From IMG/VR virus record IMGVR_UViG_3300046103_001526, positions 1 to 32,125 of that record: a stretch of 32,125 nucleotides of DNA, one strand, 5' to 3'. Positions within the stretch are counted from its first letter, which is position 1; every line of letters starts with the position of its first letter. Both the position numbers and the translations under genes were made by a program. Source of the DNA: a virus (lineage: Duplodnaviria > Caudoviricetes). The notes beneath the pieces are model-generated. The model was not told the DNA's origin and ran no database searches. It saw only the letters and a program-made list of their open reading frames with translations. This document shows, piece after piece, positions 9,511-18,947 of the stretch.

Positions 9511-10254
9511 ATGAGAAAAAAAGCAGAAACCTTTGTAGATAAAACCTACAAACTTACAAGAGACAAAGCTCCATTGAGCTACACAATTCCAACAAGAAAT
9601 ACTAAAAGAAGTAGTTTATTATACTTTGATGAACAAACAGGACAAAACAGGTCTATGCGTTATGCAAAAAATCAAAAAAGTATTTTTGAAGATGAGCAAG
9701 ACGGAAATATTCTTTTAGAACCTATTATTTTTGAAGATGGATTCTTAAGAGTCCCAAAAGAAAATCAAATTTTACAGAAATTTTTAGCACATCACCCTTT
9801 AAGTGGTCAATCATTTGTAGAGGTAGATAAAGAAAAGGATGCTAGTTTAGATGTAGAAGAAATGGATTTATCTTTAGATGCACAAGTTTTAGCTAAAGAT
9901 TTAGATCTTGAAATGCTAGAAACTATTGCGAGAGTAGTAATAGGATTAAGAGTAGATTCATTAACATCAGCTGAATTAAAAAGAGATGTTAGAATGTTTG
10001 CTAAAAGATATCCAAATGAATTTATGGAATCTTTAAATGACCCATTATTAAAACTTCAAAATAAATGTGCTGCATTTTTAAATGAAGGGTTATTAGTTAT
10101 AAAAAACCAAAAAGATGTTTATTATAATATAAAAGGAAATAAAAATAAACTTTTAACTGTGCCGTATGGCGAAGACCCATTGTTTATTTTAGCTTCATTT
10201 CTTCAGAGTGATGAAGGATTAGAAGTTCTAAAAATATTAGAATCTAACTTATAA
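9511..10254 (+). CDS. phage protein downstream of capsid gene (247 aa), function unknown
   Basis: Long ORF with A/T-rich leader, flanked by terminators. Confidence 0.8.
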   Translation: MRKKAETFVDKTYKLTRDKAPLSYTIPTRNTKRSSLLYFDEQTGQNRSMRYAKNQKSIFEDEQDGNILLEPIIFEDGFLRVPKENQILQKFLAHHPLSGQSFVEVDKEKDASLDVEEMDLSLDAQVLAKDLDLEMLETIARVVIGLRVDSLTSAELKRDVRMFAKRYPNEFMESLNDPLLKLQNKCAAFLNEGLLVIKNQKDVYYNIKGNKNKLLTVPYGEDPLFILASFLQSDEGLEVLKILESNL

Positions 10255-10260
10255 CAATCA

Positions 10261-10295
10261 AAGAGGCTTCAAAAAAAGAAGCCTCTTTTTTTTTT
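10261..10295 (+). terminator. rho-independent terminator
   Basis: AAGAGGCTTC-aaaaaaa-GAAGCCTCTT perfect 10-bp stem running into a T tract. Confidence 0.9.
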
Positions 10296-10296
10296 G

Positions 10297-10304
10297 TATA
10301 TTTG
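10297..10304 (+). promoter_or_regulatory. Bacteroidota sigma70 -7 box TATATTTG
   Basis: Consensus TAnnTTTG directly after the terminator, 16 nt before ATG 10321. Confidence 0.6.
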
Positions 10305-10320
10305 TCAAAAGATTTTATAG

Positions 10321-11253
10321 ATGTCAATAATAAATACAGTAAGGGCTACGGTTCTTTCGATAGCCAATAAAAACAACTTTGGGTATATAACTCCAAACGA
10401 CTTTAACCTATACGCAAAACAAGCTCAATTAGATATATTTGAAGATTACTTTTATCAGTATAATTCATGGCTTGTAAAACAAAATGCAAGAGTGTCTGGT
10501 AGTGGGTATGCAGATATTGTAAAAGGGTTGGTAGAAGTTTTAGATTATTTCTCTTTAACAAAATCATTAATAAGTTCTAATGGTTATGATTTTACATTAC
10601 CGGAAGATTATTATCTAATAAATAAAATAAATTACTATCCTAATTTAAGAACATCAGGTTCAGTAACAGGGGGAACTGGTTCAACACTTATAGATACAAA
10701 TGCTTTATTTATTACTAATGGAGTTAAGCCAACAGACTTACTAGCTAATTCAACTAATTCAGGAGAAATACTTAATGTATTAGCGGTTACAAATGAAACC
10801 ACATTAGTTTTAAGTGGGAGCATTAGTGTAGGTGATGTTTTTACAATTGTAGCAAATAGCAGTATTACAGAAGTAGAAAGAGTTTCGCAAAATAAAATAT
10901 TTTATTTAAATGCAACTCCATTAACAGCACCAAGTACTTCATTTCCTGCTTATGTTTTAGGAGGTAATAACATTACAGTTTACCCTACACAACAACTTGT
11001 AACAGGAACTGTTCTTTCTCAATACATAAGATATCCTAAAGATCCTAATTGGACTTATCTTGACCTTATATCTAATGGAGAACCTTCGTTTAATGAAACA
11101 GCTGCAGATTATCAAGATTTTGAATTACCAATTTCTGACCAAACAAATTTAATAAATAAAATATTACAATATGCAGGATTATCTATTAGAGATAAAGATG
11201 TAATGAGTTTTGGAAAAATAGAAGAACAAGAAGCAAACCAACAAGAAGGATAG
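10321..11253 (+). CDS. head-tail adaptor/ring protein
   Basis: 310 aa; GYITPNDFNLYAKQAQ N-terminus and YIRYPKDPNW, resembling crAss-like ring proteins; synteny. Confidence 0.65.
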   Translation: MSIINTVRATVLSIANKNNFGYITPNDFNLYAKQAQLDIFEDYFYQYNSWLVKQNARVSGSGYADIVKGLVEVLDYFSLTKSLISSNGYDFTLPEDYYLINKINYYPNLRTSGSVTGGTGSTLIDTNALFITNGVKPTDLLANSTNSGEILNVLAVTNETTLVLSGSISVGDVFTIVANSSITEVERVSQNKIFYLNATPLTAPSTSFPAYVLGGNNITVYPTQQLVTGTVLSQYIRYPKDPNWTYLDLISNGEPSFNETAADYQDFELPISDQTNLINKILQYAGLSIRDKDVMSFGKIEEQEANQQEG

Positions 11254-11256
11254 ATT

Positions 11257-12180
11257 ATGGCATATTTAACAGATTACCAATATTACGAAAATGGAGGACT
11301 AAACCCTGAGAATGAGAATTGGGGTTCATATCAATACATTTCATTAAACGATATAGTAAATAACTTTATGGTTATGTATGTTGGAAATGACAAACTAATT
11401 AATAATGTAGAAAGATATAATATTATATTTCACGCAAAACGAGCTATACAGGAATTAAATTATGATTCCTTAAAAGAAATAAAAATATTAGAATTAAATG
11501 TCTGTGATTCATTAAGATTTATATTACCACCAGACTATGTAAATTGGGTTAGAATATCAATGTACAGAGGAGGTACGTTACTTCCTTTAACTGAGAATAT
11601 CCAAACAAATTGGAGTAGTGCATATTTGCAGGACAATAATTGTAAAATTTTATTTGACGAAAATGGAAATATTCTAAAACCAGAAAACTCTACAATAGAC
11701 AATGATAGGATAACAGGAAGTAAAAAAAGTATATACTTAAATGAACAAAGTAACTACAATGGACAAGAAGGTTATTTTTACAATGGCATATGGTATTTTG
11801 AATACCCTATAGGTGGTAGATTTGGATTAAATACTGAAACAGCAAATGCAAATCCTACATTTAAAATAAATAAAAAATCAGGTGTAATTAATTTTAGCTC
11901 TAGCATGGCTGATGAGTTAGTCGTTATTGAGTATGTTTCAGATGGAATGGAAGGTGGAGACGATGCTGAGGTAAGTGTAAATAAATTATTTGAAGAGTTT
12001 ATTTATTCTTATATGAAATTTGTAATATTACAGAGCAAATACGGTATACAAGAGTACATTATAAATAGAGCTAGAAAAGAGAAATCAGCACTTCTAAGGA
12101 ATGCAAAGTTAAGATTAAGCAATATACACCCAGGGAGATTATTAATGAATCTAAGGGGGCAAAATAAATGGATAAAATAG
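11257..12180 (+). CDS. tail ring/tubular protein
   Basis: 307 aa; LPPDYVNWVRIS and IEYVSDG motifs; lies between the adaptor and muzzle genes. Confidence 0.6.
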   Translation: MAYLTDYQYYENGGLNPENENWGSYQYISLNDIVNNFMVMYVGNDKLINNVERYNIIFHAKRAIQELNYDSLKEIKILELNVCDSLRFILPPDYVNWVRISMYRGGTLLPLTENIQTNWSSAYLQDNNCKILFDENGNILKPENSTIDNDRITGSKKSIYLNEQSNYNGQEGYFYNGIWYFEYPIGGRFGLNTETANANPTFKINKKSGVINFSSSMADELVVIEYVSDGMEGGDDAEVSVNKLFEEFIYSYMKFVILQSKYGIQEYIINRARKEKSALLRNAKLRLSNIHPGRLLMNLRGQNKWIK

Positions 12181-12181
12181 T

Positions 12182-15100
12182 ATGCCTAAGATTCAAAAGA
12201 ATTTCATAAAAGGAAGAATGAATAAAAGTGCTGATGAACGAATTGTTCCTCAGGGCGAATACATTGATGCTTTAAATGTTAGATTAGGTTCTACTGAAGG
12301 AACTGAAATTGGAGCTGTAGAAAACTCAAAAGGGAATGAACTTTTGGTTTCTTTAAAATATAATAATCAACTTTTAACAGAAGCTAGATGTATAGGTGCA
12401 TATGAAGATGGAGCTAATGAAACTATTTATTGGTTCGTAACATCACCAACTGTTGATATGATAGTATCATATAATACTACATCTTTTGTTTTATTTTATC
12501 ATGTAATTTCAACAACTTTATTAAATTTTGATGAAAAATTTTTAGTCAATGGAATTAATCTTATAGGTGATTTATTATTTTTTACAGATAATTTAAATGC
12601 TCCAAGAAAAATAAATGTTACTAGAAATTATTTACAACCAATTGCAGGTGTAGACCAAATTACAGAGCAAGATATAGGTGTTATTTTAGCACCGCCTTTA
12701 AACGCCCCAACTATAGACCAATTTCAATTAGGAGGGGGAGAGAATTTTATGGAAGACCTTTTTTTAAGTTTTGCATACAGATGGCAATATGAAGATGGAG
12801 AATACTCAGCTATATCTCCTTTTTCTCAAACTGCTTTTTCTCCAGGACCTTTTGAAATAGACTATAGTACCTATGATAATTCCGCAATGATTAATTCATT
12901 CAATAGTGTAAATATTGGATTTAATACAGGTGGTAAAAATGTAAAAAGTGTTGACCTTATTTTTAAGTTTTCAACAAGCCAAACAATTAATGTTATTGAA
13001 AGATTCAATAAAGTTGACCAAGGTTGGCTAGATAATCAATCGCAAACTATTCCTTTTACAAACAAGAAGATTTATACATCGTTACCTGAAGAACAATTAC
13101 TAAGGTTGTATGACAATGTTCCTAGAAAAGCACAAGCTCAAACAATAATGGGTAATAGATTAATGTATGGAAATTACATTGATGGATATAATATTACAAA
13201 TGAAAATGGAAAAGATGAATATAAACAAAAAAGGAATGATGGAAAAGAAATTTATTTAGATTACAATTTAGATTTAATTTCAGAAACACTAACTACAGAT
13301 GAAATATCTGCAACAGATAGTGCTGTTGTTTACTCAATAGGACCTTCTGAAACTGTTAACGCAGCAAAAATTTCAATTGATTTCGGAGGAGATGGAATTG
13401 ATTTAGTTCAAGGGTCTCAGATAGGAATTGATTTTAATTATAGAAGCAGTCAATACGGTGGAGATGCAAGTTATGATGATGGAACTCAACCTGAAAATTT
13501 ATTTGAATACACATTTTTATTTAACTTACAACAAGATTACGCTAGCGTTTATGCTTTAGCATCTAGCCCTGAGTTTATTACGGCTATACAAGAGTTTGTA
13601 GCTCCTATTGATTCAAGCTGTTTTGAATACCAAGGCACAGGAGGTGTAAGAGGAACTTCAGTAACTGATATTTATAACTGTGGTATTCTTGCTAAAAACA
13701 AACCAGAATGGCAATATGAAGGTTTTGGAGTTACTAATAGTAGTCAAGGTTTTCAGATAGAAACTTCTCAAGGAAGTGATGTAATTAGCATTACAATTCC
13801 TGCTTTGAAATTTCAGAAATACGACACATCAGTACAACCTCCAACAGCTTTAGGAATATATGCTTATGAATATTTAACATCAACTTCAGCGACTGGATTA
13901 TATGCTTTAGACTCTTCAAAACAAAGTTTACATAGTAATAGAGATTATGAAGTTGGAATTGTATATATGGATGACTACGGGAGAAGTAGTACCGCATTAG
14001 TAGACACGGCAAATACAGTATACATACCTTGTGAAGGTTCTGTTACTAAAAACAATATTAGAGTTACTTTAAATAACTACGCTCCTTATTGGGCAACTAA
14101 GTATAAGTTTGTAATTAAAGAATCTAAAACAGGATATAGAACAATATATTCAAATATATTTTATACTGAAGCATCAACTGGTAATGTTTGGTTTAAACTT
14201 GAAGGCGACAATAGAGACAAAGTAAAGAATAACGGAAATTTATATGTAAAGTCTGATACAAATGGACCTGTTCTTAGGTGTACAAAAACTAAGGTTTTAG
14301 AATTTGAAAGTAAAGTTGAAGATTTTCTTTGTAATAAAGATATAGATGGTGAGCTTTTACCAGATAGTCAACCTTGTGGACAATCTCCAGGAACTTATAT
14401 GTTATTAAAACCCTCTGGATTTGCAGCAAGTGCTCCTGAAAATGCTTTTATAGAAGAAAAAGCAGGATGTAAAGGAAGTTACTGTACAGTTAAAGCTAGT
14501 GCATATATAGATAATCCAGACACAACTGGCCCTACGGACGTGTTTATCCCTTATGATATACCCGCAGGTAGTATTGTTAGATTTTATTTTAGAGCCAATA
14601 GATTTAAAAGAGGTAGTAAGTGCGGTAGTAGGACTTATGATTATGACAAAAGATTTACAGCTTCTCAAGATTACGATAGCTTATATGATTTTGTTTTAGG
14701 TGATAATATTGATTTAACTAATGGTGTTTCAGGAGGTTCAGATGATACTATAAATACTGTTGTATTTGATGAACAATTATATGCGTTTAATGTAAACCCT
14801 CAACCAAATCCACAACCAGGAGTAAACACAATATTTTTTCAACAAGACGCAGCAGATGGTAGAATGTTTTTATGTTTTAGAAATGGAACACCTAATTGTA
14901 GTAGCCCGAATAAAAGAAATTCTTACGGAGACATTGAGTTAGAAGTTCAAAGAGCTACTACATTAATGATTTTTGAGACAGAACCAATTCAAGCAAATGA
15001 TGAATTGTATTATGAAAATGAACAAACTTTTGATATTGTGGATTCATTTCACCAATCAGGAACAAGTGATACAGACCAAAACCAAAATCTTACTCAAGCA

Positions 15101-17011
15101 GCAGTTATAGATTTAACTTTTTTTAATTGTTATGTATTTGGAAATGGAGCTGAAAGTGATAAGGTTTTAGATGCACTAGTAAATCCTGTTTTATCTTTAG
15201 GTGATAAAGTTACTTCAGTATCTCAAGAACAATTTAAAGAGTCAAATAGATTTGGTGATATAACATATAGTGGAGTATTTAATCAAGAGAGTAATTTAAA
15301 TAAGTTAAATCAATTTAATTTGGCTTTAGCTAATTTTAAAACATTAGAGACATCATATGGTCCTATAAGAATACTTCATGCAAGACAAACAGATATTTTA
15401 ACATTACAAGAAGATAAGATATCCTATGTATTGGTTGGTAAAAATTTATTATCTGATGCTGCAGCAGGAGGAGCTATAACATCTGTTCCTGAAGTACTAG
15501 GAACTCAGTTAGCTAGAATAGAGGAATTTGGAATTAGTAATAATCCTGAAAGCTTTACCTCGTATGGATATGATGTTTATTTTACAGATGCTAAAAGAAG
15601 CTCTGTAGTGAACTTAAAGGGAGGTTCTAAAGGTGGGGCAGGTGATAAATTGTCAATTATATCTCAAGTAGGTATGAGAAGTTGGTTTAGAGATTTGTTT
15701 GTTGATTCTTTTGCAACTCAGAAATTAGGAGGGTTTGACCCTTATATGAACGAGTTTGTATTAAGTAGTAATACTCAATCTATACCTACACCTCCAATTG
15801 AAAGAAATTGTGGATACCAATTAGATATAAATAATTCATTATCTCCTTATATAGCTACTATAGATTTTACAACAATAATTGGTGATGTTACTTTTGATGT
15901 AGCAAATAATTCAAATAGTGTAAATATTGAAGTTACATATGATGGAGCATCAGTTCTTGACCAAGTAGTTGCATCAGGTGGCGGACAGGTTACTTTTAAT
16001 AAACCAACATCATACCCTACAACAGCTAATGTAACAGTTACACCTGTATCAGGAGCAGACTCATATTCAGTGATATTTAATTGTCCAATAGCTAATACAT
16101 TAACAGTTAAACAAATTGTTGTAAATTTTGAAGGAGAAGTTAGTTTAACAACAACAACTAGATACAAGTGGGAAATAGGTACAGATGTTAGTCCATATAA
16201 TACTAATTCTATTGTATTAGAAGATGATGGTATTTCTTTATTTAAAACTCAAACAGGACAAGAATCTTTTGGTACAATACCTGCAAATAATTCTACAGTA
16301 ATAATGCAGAGTAGACAAAATGCAGGTCAGAGTTATGATTTTGATCCATTAACAGACAAATTTAAATATTTAATTTCAAATGCTAATTATGAGGAAAGTG
16401 ATATAAATACTTTATTGCCATTATTAAACACAGCTACACCTATAACAGGTGGTCCTTTAAATTATGAATCTTCTTTTAATTATTCAAATAATGATGAAGG
16501 TGATTTTTTATATTTAGTATGGGACTTAAGAGACCCAAATTCTATTGAATTATGTTACAGCGCAACAAGCGCAACAGACTCATGCTGTAGTTGCATTCCT
16601 GACGCTACTCTTCAATTATGGTTTGACAGACGCGCTTGCGACAATTCTGTACAGTTTAGTTATGTAACTGCAGCTTCAGCTACCGCTGGTAAGTGCGGAA
16701 TGGATTCTTTTTTTACTAATATAGTTCAGCAAAATTATGCCCTTAGTGCATGTGGCTCCACTGCAAATACCAAATATTTTTCTGCGGATGGGATTAATGT
16801 AGGTACTCAATTGTATAACACTACTGGTGTTCTTACTGGGTTTTATTTATATAGAGGAAGCCTAAACGGTCCGTCAGATATAATTTCTTATTACTTAGAC
16901 CCTACTAACAACGCTTATAATGTGCCAAATGATTGGTATATTATTCAAGTTGATTCAACTAAAAAAATATCCTCAATAACACAATACAATACAATAAATT
17001 GTATTCCATAA
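12182..17011 (+). CDS. tail stabilization/muzzle (nozzle) protein, N-terminal part plus accessory domains
   Basis: 1609 aa. Starts F.KGRMNK..DER.VP.GEY.DALNVR; contains LLFFTDNLNAPRKIN, FAYRWQYEDGEYSAISPFS and EFGISNNPESF..YG..VYFTDAKR, typical of crAss-like/P22 gp10-like stabilization proteins. Confidence 0.75.
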   Translation: MPKIQKNFIKGRMNKSADERIVPQGEYIDALNVRLGSTEGTEIGAVENSKGNELLVSLKYNNQLLTEARCIGAYEDGANETIYWFVTSPTVDMIVSYNTTSFVLFYHVISTTLLNFDEKFLVNGINLIGDLLFFTDNLNAPRKINVTRNYLQPIAGVDQITEQDIGVILAPPLNAPTIDQFQLGGGENFMEDLFLSFAYRWQYEDGEYSAISPFSQTAFSPGPFEIDYSTYDNSAMINSFNSVNIGFNTGGKNVKSVDLIFKFSTSQTINVIERFNKVDQGWLDNQSQTIPFTNKKIYTSLPEEQLLRLYDNVPRKAQAQTIMGNRLMYGNYIDGYNITNENGKDEYKQKRNDGKEIYLDYNLDLISETLTTDEISATDSAVVYSIGPSETVNAAKISIDFGGDGIDLVQGSQIGIDFNYRSSQYGGDASYDDGTQPENLFEYTFLFNLQQDYASVYALASSPEFITAIQEFVAPIDSSCFEYQGTGGVRGTSVTDIYNCGILAKNKPEWQYEGFGVTNSSQGFQIETSQGSDVISITIPALKFQKYDTSVQPPTALGIYAYEYLTSTSATGLYALDSSKQSLHSNRDYEVGIVYMDDYGRSSTALVDTANTVYIPCEGSVTKNNIRVTLNNYAPYWATKYKFVIKESKTGYRTIYSNIFYTEASTGNVWFKLEGDNRDKVKNNGNLYVKSDTNGPVLRCTKTKVLEFESKVEDFLCNKDIDGELLPDSQPCGQSPGTYMLLKPSGFAASAPENAFIEEKAGCKGSYCTVKASAYIDNPDTTGPTDVFIPYDIPAGSIVRFYFRANRFKRGSKCGSRTYDYDKRFTASQDYDSLYDFVLGDNIDLTNGVSGGSDDTINTVVFDEQLYAFNVNPQPNPQPGVNTIFFQQDAADGRMFLCFRNGTPNCSSPNKRNSYGDIELEVQRATTLMIFETEPIQANDELYYENEQTFDIVDSFHQSGTSDTDQNQNLTQAAVIDLTFFNCYVFGNGAESDKVLDALVNPVLSLGDKVTSVSQEQFKESNRFGDITYSGVFNQESNLNKLNQFNLALANFKTLETSYGPIRILHARQTDILTLQEDKISYVLVGKNLLSDAAAGGAITSVPEVLGTQLARIEEFGISNNPESFTSYGYDVYFTDAKRSSVVNLKGGSKGGAGDKLSIISQVGMRSWFRDLFVDSFATQKLGGFDPYMNEFVLSSNTQSIPTPPIERNCGYQLDINNSLSPYIATIDFTTIIGDVTFDVANNSNSVNIEVTYDGASVLDQVVASGGGQVTFNKPTSYPTTANVTVTPVSGADSYSVIFNCPIANTLTVKQIVVNFEGEVSLTTTTRYKWEIGTDVSPYNTNSIVLEDDGISLFKTQTGQESFGTIPANNSTVIMQSRQNAGQSYDFDPLTDKFKYLISNANYEESDINTLLPLLNTATPITGGPLNYESSFNYSNNDEGDFLYLVWDLRDPNSIELCYSATSATDSCCSCIPDATLQLWFDRRACDNSVQFSYVTAASATAGKCGMDSFFTNIVQQNYALSACGSTANTKYFSADGINVGTQLYNTTGVLTGFYLYRGSLNGPSDIISYYLDPTNNAYNVPNDWYIIQVDSTKKISSITQYNTINCIP

Positions 17012-17020
17012 AAAAATAAA

Positions 17021-17734
17021 ATGAGTATAGTAAATAAATATATTGATTCTAATAACTTTTTAACAGCTATTTCGGTTTATAACGAAGAAGATTTAATTAC
17101 CTTAGCTCCAGATGGTTATTATCAAAATAATGGAACTTATAGAAGGCAGTTAAATGGACTTCTAGGTCCTTCAGTTTTATGTGAAAGCTGTACACCTGCT
17201 ATATCTTGCGGTAGTACTGCTACCCCAGGAGGTTCTGGTATATCTGATATTTCTGTTAATCTAGAACCTAATGGAGGATTAATAGCATTTCTTGTTGAAG
17301 GATCTAATTCTTATCCCGATAAATTCGAGATATATCACGGTGCTGATGGAGGTAGTGGTGTTACTGTAGCGGCTAATAAAAAGGCAACATCAAACAAAAA
17401 TGCAAATACTAACTTTGGCCCTTTTGATAATATTTATGGAACATCACCTAGTAATACTATTCCTACGGAAGCTCAGGCTGATACGTTGCCTCAATTTATA
17501 GCTTCGGACGTTAGTCCAGTAACAAGACAAACGGAATTTAATACTGCAACCGGATATAGCGTACCTAGTATGACGGTAGACGGAAAGGTTTATCAGCAAA
17601 TAGTTTGGTGGGAGTATTTAAGTTCTGATTACAACGTAAGCACTAATGCTGTATTTAGAATAACAGCTCCTAGTGATGTAAGTACCGTTTGGACTGTTTA
17701 CAGACTTTGCTGTCCGGATAATAATTGTACATAA
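17021..17734 (+). CDS. Cys-containing putative tail accessory protein
   Basis: 237 aa; APDGYY...RRQLNG.LG...CESC N-terminal motif and beta-rich body; inside the tail cluster. Confidence 0.6.
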   Translation: MSIVNKYIDSNNFLTAISVYNEEDLITLAPDGYYQNNGTYRRQLNGLLGPSVLCESCTPAISCGSTATPGGSGISDISVNLEPNGGLIAFLVEGSNSYPDKFEIYHGADGGSGVTVAANKKATSNKNANTNFGPFDNIYGTSPSNTIPTEAQADTLPQFIASDVSPVTRQTEFNTATGYSVPSMTVDGKVYQQIVWWEYLSSDYNVSTNAVFRITAPSDVSTVWTVYRLCCPDNNCT

Positions 17735-17744
17735 ATAAATAAAT

Positions 17745-18515
17745 ATGGAAAATTACACATTAACATATAGTGAGTCAGTTCAAGGATGGCCTTCGTTTTA
17801 CAGCTACAATCCTGATTTTATTTTAGGTATGAATCAATATCTTTATACTTTCAACGGGGGTAACCTTTACCGCCATAATACGAACGAGCGTAGAAATAAT
17901 TACTATGGAGCTGATTATGACTCTAGTATAACAGGAGTATTTAATCAAGAGCCTACAACGACAAAAGTTTTTAAAACTATTGAATTAGAAAGTGATGCTG
18001 CATGGGATTGCTTATTGCTATCTGATTTAGGAAAAGGATATATGCCTGCTTCTTATTTTGAGGAAAAAGAAGGTGGTTTATTTGCTTATATTAGAAGGAT
18101 AAGTGACTCAAAAAACTTTGATTTAAGGTCAACACAGGGTATTGGTAATTTCTTATTAACATCGGGTACTTCTCTTGGAACTATAACTATTGAGTTTTCA
18201 ATTTCAATAAGTAACATTATAAATTACGGAGATAATGTTTATTACAAAGACTTACTTGGGACAGGTGAAATAAAAAAAGTAGGTAAAATTACAAACATAA
18301 GTTCTAATAGAAAAACCATTGAAGTAAATGCTGTTGATTTAGAACCTGCAGGTACAAGTATTCCTACAGGAGCTTATATTTTTACAACTAAAAACAGTGT
18401 AGCAGAGTCATATGGTACTTTAGGGTATTATTTACAATTTACATTAACAAATAGTAATACTAATGCTGTAGAGTTATTTACAATAGATGCTGATGTGTTT
18501 AAAAGTAATCCTTAG
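17745..18515 (+). CDS. probable C-terminal part of muzzle/stabilization protein encoded separately
   Basis: Begins YTLTYSESVQGWPSFYSYNPD...YTFNGGNLYRHN; has KVFKTIELES, FEEKEG and GYYLQFTL, motifs I recall from the C-terminal region of single-chain stabilization proteins. Confidence 0.6.
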   Translation: MENYTLTYSESVQGWPSFYSYNPDFILGMNQYLYTFNGGNLYRHNTNERRNNYYGADYDSSITGVFNQEPTTTKVFKTIELESDAAWDCLLLSDLGKGYMPASYFEEKEGGLFAYIRRISDSKNFDLRSTQGIGNFLLTSGTSLGTITIEFSISISNIINYGDNVYYKDLLGTGEIKKVGKITNISSNRKTIEVNAVDLEPAGTSIPTGAYIFTTKNSVAESYGTLGYYLQFTLTNSNTNAVELFTIDADVFKSNP

Positions 18516-18522
18516 TTTTTCG

Positions 18523-18531
18523 TATATTTGC
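18523..18531 (+). promoter_or_regulatory. Bacteroidota sigma70 -7 box TATATTTGC
   Basis: Consensus match within a 20-nt intergenic gap; the box ends 5 nt before ATG 18536. Confidence 0.6.
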
Positions 18532-18535
18532 GTAA

Positions 18536-18946
18536 ATGAAATTTACTGTAAGAAAATTAAATAAAACAGATTACCAAGATATACTAGTTAAATGGTGGAG
18601 TGATTGGAGATGGACAGCACCTCCAAAAGACTTTTTACCAGACGATGGGGAAGGTGGTTTTATTGTGTATGATGGAGATACTCCTGTATGTGCAGGTTAT
18701 ATTTATTTAACAAATTCTAAGGTAGGTTGGTGTGATTGGATTATATCTAATTTCGAATACAAAAACAAAAAAAATCGCAAAGAGGCTTTAGTTGAATTAA
18801 TTGGAGTTTTAACAAATACTCTTAAATTAGCCAAATGTAAATACTCTTATGCATTGATAAAATCTAACTCATTAATAGAGCATTATAAAAAGAATGGTTA
18901 TATTGAAGGAGATAGTTACAATAAAGAAATGATAAAAGGATTATAA
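18536..18946 (+). CDS. GNAT-fold (acetyltransferase-like) protein preceding ejection genes
   Basis: VRKL...DY; GFIVYDGDTPVCAG; LIEHYKKNGY C-terminal GNAT-like motif. Position matches GNAT-like genes ahead of podovirus internal virion genes. Confidence 0.6.
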   Translation: MKFTVRKLNKTDYQDILVKWWSDWRWTAPPKDFLPDDGEGGFIVYDGDTPVCAGYIYLTNSKVGWCDWIISNFEYKNKKNRKEALVELIGVLTNTLKLAKCKYSYALIKSNSLIEHYKKNGYIEGDSYNKEMIKGL

Positions 18947-18947
18947 T

